Shown piece by piece: positions 13,408 to 25,400 of a stretch of 64,000 nucleotides of DNA. A program made the position numbers and the translations under genes. The stretch lies in the NCBI RefSeq assembly GCF_009914755.1, contig NC_060941.1; one strand, 5' to 3'. The number at the start of each line of letters is the position of its first letter. Position 1 is the first letter of the stretch. The stretch comes from the human T2T-CHM13v2.0 reference genome, Homo sapiens. A model generated the notes under the pieces. The model was not told the origin of the DNA and made no database searches. It was given only the letters and a program-made list of their open reading frames with translations.

Positions 13408-16400
13408 GAATTCGTTGGAAACGGTATAATTTCAGCTGACTAAACAGAAGCAGTCTCAGAATCTTCTTTGTGATGTTTGCATTCAAATCCCCGAGTTGAA
13501 CTTTCCTTTCAAAGTTCACGTTTGAAACACTCTTTTTGCAGGATCTACAAGTGGATATTTGGACCACTCTGTGTCCTTCGTTCGAAACGGGTATATCTTC
13601 ACATGACATCTAGACAGAAGCATCCTCAGAATCTTCTCTGTGATGACTGCATTCAACTCACGGAGTTGAACACTCCTTTTGAGAGCGCAGTTTTGAAACT
13701 CTCTTTCTGTGGCATCTGCAAGGGGACATGTAGACCTCTTTGAAGATTTCGTTGGAAACGGAATCATCTTCACATAAAAACTAGACAGATGCATTCTCAG
13801 GAACTTTTTGGTGATGTTTGTATTCAACTCCCAGAGTTGAACTTTCCTTTGGAAAGAGCAGCTATGAAACACTGTTTTTCTAGAATCTGCAAGTGGACGT
13901 TTGGAGGGCTTTGTGGTTTGTGGTGGAAAAGGAAATATCTTCACCTAAATACTAGATAGAAGCATTCTCAGAAACTGCTTTGTGATGATTGCATTCACCT
14001 CACAGAGTTGAACATTCCTATTGATAGAGCAGTTTGGAAACACTCTTGTTGTGGAATGTGCAAGTGGAGATTTGGAGCGCTTTGAGGCCTATGGTAGTAA
14101 AGGGAATAGCTTCATAGAAAAACTAGACAGAAGCATTCTCAGAAAATACTTTGTGATGATTGAGTTTAACTCACAGAGCTGAACATTCCTTTGGATGGAG
14201 CAGGTTTGAGACACACCTTTTGTAGAATCTACAAGTGGATATTTGGACCTCTCTGAGGATTTCGTTGGAAACGGGATAACTGCACCTAACTAAACGGAAG
14301 CATTCTCAGAAACTTCTTGGTGATGTTTGCATTCAAATCCCAGAGTTGAACCTTCCTTTGATAGTTCAGGTTTGAAACACTCTTTTTGTAGGATCTGCAA
14401 GTGGATATTTGGACCACTCTGTGGCCTTCGTTCGAAACGGGTATATCTTCGCATAAAATCTAGACAGAAGCCTTCTCAGAAACTTCTCTGTGATGATTGC
14501 ATTCAACTCACAGAGTTGAACCCTCCTATGGATAGAGCAGTGTTGAAACTCTCTTTTTGTGGAATCTGCAAGTGGATATGTGGACCTCTCCGAAGATGTC
14601 TTTGGAAACGGGAATATCTTCACATAAAAACTAAACAGAAGCATTCTCAGAAACTTCTCTGTGATGTTTGTGTTCAACTCCCAGAGTTTCACATTGCTTT
14701 TCATAGAGTAGTTCTGAAACATGCTTTTCGTAGTGTCTACAAGTGGACATTTGGAGCGCTTTCAGGCCTGTGGTGGAAAACGAATTATGGTCACATAAAA
14801 ACTGGAGAGAAGCATTGTCAGAAACTTCTTTGTGATGATTGCATTCAACTCACAGAGTTGAAGGTTCCTTTTCAAAGAGCAGTTTCCAATCACTCTTTCT
14901 GTGGAATCTGCAAGTGGATATTTGGACCTATTTTGAAGATTTCGTTGGAAACGGGAGAATCTTCACAGGAAAGCTAAACAGAAGCATTCTCAGAAACTTC
15001 TTTGTGATGCTTGCATTCAACTCACAGAGTTGAACTTTCCTTTCGAGAGAGAAGCTTTGAAACACTCTTTTTCCAGAATCTGCAAGTGGACATTTGGAGG
15101 GCTTTGAGGCCTGTGGTGGAAAAGGAATTATCTTCCCGTAAAAGCTAGATAGAAGCATTCTCAGAAACTACTTTGTGATGATTGCATTCAAGTCACAGAG
15201 TTGAACATTCCCTTTGACAGAGCAGTTTGGAAACTCTCTTTGTGTAGAATCTGCAAGTGGAGATACGGACCGCTTTGAGGCCTATGGTAGTAAAGGAAAT
15301 AGCTTCATATAAAAGCTAGACAGTAGCATTCACAGAAAACTCTTGGTGACGACTGAGTTTAACTCACAGAGCTGAACATTCCTTTGGATGGAGCAGTTTC
15401 GAAACACACTATTTGTAGAATGTGCAAGTGGATATTTAGGCCTCTCTGAGGATTTCGTTGGAAACGGGATAAACCGCACAGAACTAAACAGAAGCATTCT
15501 CAGAACCTTCTTCGTGATGTTTGCATTCAACTCACAGTGTTGAACCTTTCTTTGATAGTTCAGGTTTGAAACGGTCTTTCTGTAGAAACTGCAAGTAGAT
15601 ATTTGGACCTCTCTGAGGATTTCGTTGGAAACGGGATAACCCGCACAGAACTAAAACAGAAGCATTCTCAGAACCCTCTTCGTGATGTTTGCATTCAACT
15701 CACAGTGCTGAACCTTTCTTTGATAGTTCAGCTTTGAAACACTCTTTTTGTAGAAACTGCAAGTGGATATTTGGTCCTCTCTGAGCATTTCGTTGGAAAC
15801 GGGATAAACTGCACAGAACTAAACAGAAGCATTCTCAGAACCTTCTTCGTGATGTCCGCATTCAACTCACAGTGTGGAACCTTTCTTTGATAGTTCAGGT
15901 TTGAAACACTCTTTTTGTAGAAACTGCAAGGGGATCATTGCACTCTTTGAGGAGTACCGTAGTAAAGGAAATAACTTCCTATAAAAAGAAGACAGAAGCT
16001 TTCTCAGAAAATTCTTTGGGATGATTGAGTTGAACTCACAGAGCTGAGCATTCCTTGCGATGTAGCAGTTTAGAAACACACTTTCTGCAGAATCTGCAAG
16101 TGCATATTTGGACCTCTGTGAGGAATTCGTTGGAAACGGGATAATTTCAGCTGACTAAACAGAAGCAGTCTCAGAATCTTCTTTGTGATGTTTGCATTCA
16201 AATCCCCGAGTTGAACTTTCCTTTCAAAGTTCACGTTTGAAACACTCTTTTTGCAGGATCTACAAGTGGATATTTGGACCACTCTGTGTCCTTCGTTCGA
16301 AACGGGTATATCTTCACATGACATCTAGACAGAAGCATCCTCAGAAGCTTCTCTGTGATGACTGCATTCAACTCACGGAGTTGAACACTCCTTTTGAGAG

Positions 16401-19400
16401 CGCAGTTTTGAAACTCTCTTTCTGTGGCATCTGCAAGGGGACATGTAGACCTCTTTGAAGATTTCGTTGGAAACGGAATCATCTTCACATAAAAACTATA
16501 CAGATGCATTCTCAGGAACTTTTTGGTGATGTTTGTATTCAACTCCCAGAGTTGAACTTTCCTTTGGAAAGAGCAGCTATGAAACACTGTTTTTCTAGAA
16601 TCTGCAAGTGGACGTTTGGAGGGCTTTGTGGTTTGTGGTGGAAAAGGAAATATCTTCACCTAAATACTAGATAGAAGCATTCTCAGAAACTGCTTTGTGA
16701 TGATTGCATTCACCTCACAGAGTTGAACATTCCTATTGATAGAGCAGTTTGGAAACACTCTTGTTGTGGAATGTGCAAGTGGAGATTTGGAGCGCTTTGA
16801 GGCCTATGGTAGTAAAGGGAATAGCTTCATAGAAAAACTAGACAGAAGCATTCTCAGAAAATACTTTGTGATGATTGAGTTTAACTCACAGAGCTGAACA
16901 TTCCTTTGGATGGAGCAGGTTTGAGACACACTTTTTGTAGAATCTACAAGTGGATATTTGGACCTCTCTGAGGATTTCGTTGGAAACGCGATAACTGCAC
17001 CTAACTAAACGGAAGCATTCTCAGAAACTTCTTGGTGATGTTTGCATTCAAATCCCAGAGTTGAACCTTCCTTTGATAGTTCAGGTTTGAAACACTCTTT
17101 TTGTAGGATCTGCAAGTGGATATTTGGACCACTCTGTGGCCTTCGTTCGAAACGGGTATATCTTCGCATAAAATCTAGACAGAAGCCTTCTCAGAAACTT
17201 CTCTGTGATGATTGCATTCAACTCACAGAGTTGAACCCTCCTATGGATAGAGCAGTGTTGAAACTCTCTTTTTGTGGAATCTGCAAGTGGATATGTGGAC
17301 CTCTCCGAAGATGTCTTTGGAAACGGGAATATCTTCACATAAAAACTAAACAGAAGCATTCTCAGAAACTTCTCTGTGATGTTTGTGTTCAACTCCCAGA
17401 GTTTCACATTGCTTTTCATAGAGTAGTTCTGAAACATGCTTTTCGTAGTGTCTACAAGTGGACATTTGGAGCGCTTTCAGGCCTGTGGTGGAAAACGAAT
17501 TATGGTCACATAAAAACTGGAGAGAAGCATTGTCAGAAACTTCTTTGTGATGATTGCATTCAACTCACAGAGTTGAAGGTTCCTTTTCAAAGAGCAGTTT
17601 CCAATCACTCTTTCTGTGGAATCTGCAAGTGGATATTTGGACCTATTTTGAAGATTTCGTTGGAAACGGGAGAATCTTCACAGGAAAGCTAAACAGAAGC
17701 ATTCTCAGAAACTTCTTTGTGATGCTTGCATTCAACTCACAGAGTTGAACTTTCCTTTCGAGAGAGAAGCTTTGAAACACTCTTTTTCCAGAATCTGCAA
17801 GTGGACATTTGGAGGGCTTTGAGGCCTGTGGTGGAAAAGGAATTATCTTCCCGTAAAAGCTAGATAGAAGCATTCTCAGAAACTACTTTGTGATGATTGC
17901 ATTCAAGTCACAGAGTTGAACATTCCCTTTGACAGAGCAGTTTGGAAACTCTCTTTGTGTAGAATCTGCAAGTGGAGATACGGACCGCTTTGAGGCCTAT
18001 GGTAGTAAAGGAAATAGCTTCATATAAAAGCTAGACAGTAGCATTCACAGAAAACTCTTGGTGACGACTGAGTTTAACTCACAGAGCTGAACATTCCTTT
18101 GGATGGAGCAGTTTCGAAACACACTATTTGTAGAATGTGCAAGTGGATATTTAGGCCTCTCTGAGGATTTCGTTGGAAACGGGATAAACCGCACAGAACT
18201 AAACAGAAGCATTCTCAGAACCTTCTTCGTGATGTTTGCATTCAACTCACAGTGTTGAACCTTTCTTTGATAGTTCAGGTTTGAAACGGTCTTTCTGTAG
18301 AAACTGCAAGTAGATATTTGGACCTCTCTGAGGATTTCGTTGGAAACGGGATAACCCGCACAGAACTAAAACAGAAGCATTCTCAGAACCCTCTTCGTGA
18401 TGTTTGCATTCAACTCACAGTGCTGAACCTTTCTTTGATAGTTCAGCTTTGAAACACTCTTTTTGTAGAAACTGCAAGTGGATATTTGGTCCTCTCTGAG
18501 GATTTCGTTGGAAACGGGATAAACTGCACAGAACTAAACAGAAGCATTCTCAGAACCTTCTTCGTGATGTCTGCATTCAACTCACAGTGTGGAACCTTTC
18601 TTTGATAGTTCAGGTTTGAAACACTCTTTTTGTAGAAACTGCAAGGGGATCATTGCACTCTTTGAGGAGTACCGTAGTAAAGGAAATAACTTCCTATAAA
18701 AAGAAGACAGAAGCTTTCTCAGAAAATTCTTTGGGATGATTGAGTTGAACTCACAGAGCTGAGCATTCCTTGCGATGTAGCAGTTTAGAAACACACTTTC
18801 TGCAGAATCTGCAAGTGCTTATTTGGACCTCTGTGAGGAATTCGTTGGAAACGGGATAATTTCAGCTGACTAAACAGAAGCAGTCTCAGAATCTTCTTTG
18901 TGATGTTTGCATTCAAATCCCCGAGTTGAACTTTCCTTTCAAAGTTCACGTTTGAAACACTCTTTTTGCAGGATCTACAAGTGGATATTTGGACCACTCT
19001 GTGTCCTTCGTTCGAAACGGGTATATCTTCACATGACATCTAGACAGAAGCATCCTCAGAAGCTTCTCTGTGATGACTGCATTCAACTCACGGAGTTGAA
19101 CACTCCTTTTGAGAGCGCAGTTTTGAAACTCTCTTTCTGTGGCATCTGCAAGGGGACATGTAGACCTCTTTGAAGATTTCGTTGGAAACGGAATCATCTT
19201 CACATAAAAACTATACAGATGCATTCTCAGGAACTTTTTGGTGATGTTTGTATTCAACTCCCAGAGTTGAACTTTCCTTTGGAAAGAGCAGCTATGAAAC
19301 ACTCTTTTTCTAGAATCTGCAAGTGGACGTTTGGAGGGCTTTGTGGTTTGTGGTGGAAAAGGAAATATCTTCACCTAAATACTAGATAGAAGCATTCTCA

Positions 19401-22400
19401 GAAACTGCTTTGTGATGATTGCATTCACCTCACAGAGTTGAACATTCCTATTGATAGAGCAGTTTGGAAACACTCTTGTTGTGGAATGTGCAAGTGGAGA
19501 TTTGGAGCGCTTTGAGGCCTATGGTAGTAAAGGGAATAGCTTCATAGAAAAACTAGACAGAAGCATTCTCAGAAAATACTTTGTGATGATTGAGTTTAAC
19601 TCACAGAGCTGAACATTCCTTTGGATGGAGCAGGTTTGAGACACACTTTTTGTAGAATCTACAAGTGGATATTTGGACCTCTCTGAGGATTTCGTTGGAA
19701 ACGGGATAACTGCACCTAACTAAACGGAAGCATTCTCAGAAACTTCTTGGTGATGTTTGCATTCAAATCCCAGAGTTGAACCTTCCTTTGATAGTTCAGG
19801 TTTGAAACACTCTTTTTGTAGGATCTGCAAGTGAATATTTGGACCACTCTGTGGCCTTCGTTCGAAACGGGTATATCTTCGCATAAAATCTAGACAGAAG
19901 CCTTCTCAGAAACTTCTCTGTGATGATTGCATTCAACTCACAGAGTTGAACCCTCCTATGGATAGAGCAGTGTTGAAACTCTCTTTTTGTGGAATCTGCA
20001 AGTGGATATGTGGACCTCTCCGAAGATGTCTTTGGAAACGGGAATATCTTCACATAAAAACTAAACAGAAGCATTCTCAGAAACTTCTCTGTGATGTTTG
20101 TGTTCAACTCCCAGAGTTTCACATTGCTTTTCATAGAGTAGTTCTGAAACATGCTTTTCGTAGTGTCTACAAGTGGACATTTGGAGCGCTTTCAGGCCTG
20201 TGGTGGAAAACGAATTATGGTCACATAAAAACTGGAGAGAAGCATTGTCAGAAACTTCTTTGTGATGATTGCATTCAACTCACAGAGTTGAAGGTTCCTT
20301 TTCAAAGAGCAGTTTCCAATCACTCTTTCTGTGGAATCTGCAAGTGGATATTTGGACCTATTTTGAAGATTTCGTTGGAAACGGGAGAATCTTCACAGGA
20401 AAGCTAAACAGAAGCATTCTCAGAAACTTCTTTGTGATGCTTGCATTCAACTCACAGAGTTGAACTTTCCTTTCGAGAGAGAAGCTTTGAAACACTCTTT
20501 TTCCAGAATCTGCAAGTGGACATTTGGAGGGCTTTGAGGCCTGTGGTGGAAAAGGAATTATCTTCCCGTAAAAGCTAGATAGAAGCATTCTCAGAAACTA
20601 CTTTGTGATGATTGCATTCAAGTCACAGAGTTGAACATTCCCTTTGACAGAGCAGTTTGGAAACTCTCTTTGTGTAGAATCTGCAAGTGGAGATACGGAC
20701 CGCTTTGAGGCCTATGGTAGTAAAGGAAATAGCTTCATATAAAAGCTAGACAGTAGCATTCACAGAAAACTCTTGGTGACGACTGAGTTTAACTCACAGA
20801 GCTGAACATTCCTTTGGATGGAGCAGTTTCGAAACACACTATTTGTAGAATGTGCAAGTGGATATTTAGGCCTCTCTGAGGATTTCGTTGGAAACGGGAT
20901 AAACCGCACAGAACTAAACAGAAGCATTCTCAGAACCTTCTTCGTGATGTTTGCATTCAACTCACAGTGTTGAACCTTTCTTTGATAGTTCAGGTTTGAA
21001 ACGGTCTTTCTGTAGAAACTGCAAGTAGATATTTGGACCTCTCTGAGGATTTCGTTGGAAACGGGATAACCCGCACAGAACTAAAACAGAAGCATTCTCA
21101 GAACCCTCTTCGTGATGTTTGCATTCAACTCACAGTGCTGAACCTTTCTTTGATAGTTCAGCTTTGAAACACTCTTTTTGTAGAAACTGCAAGTGGATAT
21201 TTGGTCCTCTCTGAGGATTTCGTTGGAAACGGGATAAACTGCACAGAACTAAACAGAAGCATTCTCAGAACCTTCTTCGTGATGTCCGCATTCAACTCAC
21301 AGTGTGGAACCTTTCTTTGATAGTTCAGGTTTGAAACACTCTTTTTGTAGAAACTGCAAGGGGATCATTGCACTCTTTGAGGAGTACCGTAGTAAAGGAA
21401 ATAACTTCCTATAAAAAGAAGACAGAAGCTTTCTCAGAAAATTCTTTGGGATGATTGAGTTGAACTCACAGAGCTGAGCATTCCTTGCGATGTAGCAGTT
21501 TAGAAACACACTTTCTGCAGAATCTGCAAGTGCATATTTGGACCTCTGTGAGGAATTCGTTGGAAACGGGATAATTTCAGCTGACTAAACAGAAGCAGTC
21601 TCAGAATCTTCTTTGTGATGTTTGCATTCAAATCCCCGAGTTGAACTTTCCTTTCAAAGTTCACGTTTGAAACACTCTTTTTGCAGGATCTACAAGTGGA
21701 TATTTGGACCACTCTGTGTCCTTCGTTCGAAACGGGTATATCTTCACATGACATCTAGACAGAAGCATCCTCAGAAGCTTCTCTGTGATGACTGCATTCA
21801 ACTCACGGAGTTGAACACTCCTTTTGAGAGCGCAGTTTTGAAACTCTCTTTCTGTGGCATCTGCAAGGGGACATGTAGACCTCTTTGAAGATTTCGTTGG
21901 AAACGGAATCATCTTCACATAAAAACTATACAGATGCATTCTCAGGAACTTTTTGGTGATGTTTGTATTCAACTCCCAGAGTTGAACTTTCCTTTGGAAA
22001 GAGCAGCTATGAAACACTCTTTTTCTAGAATCTGCAAGTGGACGTTTGGAGGGCTTTGTGGTTTGTGGTGGAAAAGGAAATATCTTCACCTAAATACTAG
22101 ATAGAAGCATTCTCAGAAACTGCTTTGTGATGATTGCATTCACCTCACAGAGTTGAACATTCCTATTGATAGAGCAGTTTGGAAACACTCTTGTTGTGGA
22201 ATGTGCAAGTGGAGATTTGGAGCGCTTTGAGGCCTATGGTAGTAAAGGGAATAGCTTCATAGAAAAACTAGACAGAAGCATTCTCAGAAAATACTTTGTG
22301 ATGATTGAGTTTAACTCACAGAGCTGAACATTCCTTTGGATGGAGCAGGTTTGAGACACACCTTTTGTAGAATCTACAAGTGGATATTTGGACCTCTCTG

Positions 22401-25400
22401 AGGATTTCGTTGGAAACGGGATAACTGCACCTAACTAAACGGAAGCATTCTCAGAAACTTCTTGGTGATGTTTGCATTCAAATCCCAGAGTTGAACCTTC
22501 CTTTGATAGTTCAGGTTTGAAACACTCTTTTTGTAGGATCTGCAAGTGGATATTTGGACCACTCTGTGGCCTTCGTTCGAAACGGGTATATCTTCGCATA
22601 AAATCTAGACAGAAGCCTTCTCAGAAACTTCTCTGTGATGATTGCATTCAACTCACAGAGTTGAACCCTCCTATGGATAGAGCAGTGTTGAAACTCTCTT
22701 TTTGTGGAATCTGCAAGTGGATATGTGGACCTCTCCGAAGATGTCTTTGGAAACGGGAATATCTTCACATAAAAACTAAACAGAAGCATTCTCAGAAACT
22801 TCTCTGTGATGTTTGTGTTCAACTCCCAGAGTTTCACATTGCTTTTCATAGAGTAGTTCTGAAACATGCTTTTCGTAGTGTCTACAAGTGGACATTTGGA
22901 GCGCTTTCAGGCCTGTGGTGGAAAACGAATTATGGTCACATAAAAACTGGAGAGAAGCATTGTCAGAAACTTCTTTGTGATGATTGCATTCAACTCACAG
23001 AGTTGAAGGTTCCTTTTCAAAGAGCAGTTTCCAATCACTCTTTCTGTGGAATCTGCAAGTGGATATTTGGACCTATTTTGAAGATTTCGTTGGAAACGGG
23101 AGAATCTTCACAGGAAAGCTAAACAGAAGCATTCTCAGAAACTTCTTTGTGATGCTTGCATTCAACTCACAGAGTTGAACTTTCCTTTCGAGAGAGAAGC
23201 TTTGAAACACTCTTTTTCCAGAATCTGCAAGTGGACATTTGGAGGGCTTTGAGGCCTGTGGTGGAAAAGGAATTATCTTCCCGTAAAAGCTAGATAGAAG
23301 CATTCTCAGAAACTACTTTGTGATGATTGCATTCAAGTCACAGAGTTGAACATTCCCTTTGACAGAGCAGTTTGGAAACTCTCTTTGTGTAGAATCTGCA
23401 AGTGGAGATATGGACCGCTTTGAGGCCTATGGTAGTAAAGGAAATAGCTTCATATAAAAGCTAGACAGTAGCATTCACAGAAAACTCTTGGTGACGACTG
23501 AGTTTAACTCACAGAGCTGAACATTCCTTTGGATGGAGCAGTTTCGAAACACACTATTTGTAGAATGTGCAAGTGGATATTTAGGCCTCTCTGAGGATTT
23601 CGTTGGAAACGGGATAAACCGCACAGAACTAAACAGAAGCATTCTCAGAACCCTCTTCGTGATGTTTGCATTCAACTCACAGTGTTGAACCTTTCTTTGA
23701 TAGTTCAGGTTTGAAACGGTCTTTCTGTAGAAACTGCAAGTAGATATTTGGACCTCTCTGAGGATTTCGTTGGAAACGGGATAACCCGCACAGAACTAAA
23801 ACAGAAGCATTCTCAGAACCCTCTTCGTGATGTTTGCATTCAACTCACAGTGCTGAACCTTTCTTTGATAGTTCAGCTTTGAAACACTCTTTTTGTAGAA
23901 ACTGCAAGTGGATATTTGGTCCTCTCTGAGCATTTCGTTGGAAACGGGATAAACTGCACAGAACTAAACAGAAGCATTCTCAGAACCTTCTTCGTGATGT
24001 CCGCATTCAACTCACAGTGTGGAACCTTTCTTTGATAGTTCAGGTTTGAAACACTCTTTTTGTAGAAACTGCAAGGGGATAATTGCACTCTTTGAGGAGT
24101 ACCGTAGTAAAGGAAATAACTTCCTATAAAAAGAAGACAGAAGCTTTCTCAGAAAATTCTTTGGGATGATTGAGTTGAACTCACAGAGCTGAGCATTCCT
24201 TGCGATGTAGCAGTTTAGAAACACACTTTCTGCAGAATCTGCAAGTGCATATTTGGACCTCTGTGAGGAATTCGTTGGAAACGGGATAATTTCAGCTGAC
24301 TAAACAGAAGCAGTCTCAGAATCTTCTTTGTGATGTTTGCATTCAAATCCCCGAGTTGAACTTTTCTTTCAAAGTTCACGTTTGAAACACTCTTTTTGCA
24401 GGATCTACAAGTGGATATTTGGACCACTCTGTGTCCTTCGTTCGAAACGGGTATATCTTCACATGACATCTAGACAGAAGCATCCTCAGAAGCTTCTCTG
24501 TGATGACTGCATTCAACTCACGGAGTTGAACACTCCTTTTGAGAGCGCAGTTTTGAAACTCTCTTTCTGTGGCATCTGCAAGGGGACATGTAGACCTCTT
24601 TGAAGATTTCGTTGGAAACGGAATCATCTTCACATAAAAACTATACAGATGCATTCTCAGGAACTTTTTGGTGATGTTTGTATTCAACTCCCAGAGTTGA
24701 ACTTTCCTTTGGAAAGAGCAGCTATGAAACACTGTTTTTCTAGAATCTGCAAGTGGACGTTTGGAGGGCTTTGTGGTTTGTGGTGGAAAAGGAAATATCT
24801 TCACCTAAATACTAGATAGAAGCATTCTCAGAAACTGCTTTGTGATGATTGCATTCACCTCACAGAGTTGAACATTCCTATTGATAGAGCAGTTTGGAAA
24901 CACTCTTGTTGTGGAATGTGCAAGTGGAGATTTGGAGCGCTTTGAGGCCTATGGTAGTAAAGGGAATAGCTTCATAGAAAAACTAGACAGAAGCATTCTC
25001 AGAAAATACTTTGTGATGATTGAGTTTAACTCACAGAGCTGAACATTCCTTTGGATGGAGCAGGTTTGAGACACACCTTTTGTAGAATCTACAAGTGGAT
25101 ATTTGGACCTCTCTGAGGATTTCGTTGGAAACGGGATAACTGCACCTAACTAAACGGAAGCATTCTCAGAAACTTCTTGGTGATGTTTGCATTCAAATCC
25201 CAGAGTTGAACCTTCCTTTGATAGTTCAGGTTTGAAACACTCTTTTTGTAGGATCTGCAAGTGGATATTTGGACCACTCTGTGGCCTTCGTTCGAAACGG
25301 GTATATCTTCGCATAAAATCTAGACAGAAGCCTTCTCAGAAACTTCTCTGTGATGATTGCATTCAACTCACAGAGTTGAACCCTCCTATGGATAGAGCAG

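Larger units (their letters stand above)
701..16989 (+). repeat. Tandem duplication of a three-HOR block (period 8,144 bp, about 2 copies)
   Basis: Rare variants recur at exactly +8144: 701/8845/16989, 1236/9380, 4116/12260, 4579/12723, 5488/13632, 6073/14217, 7642/15786, 7713/15857. Confidence 0.88.
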
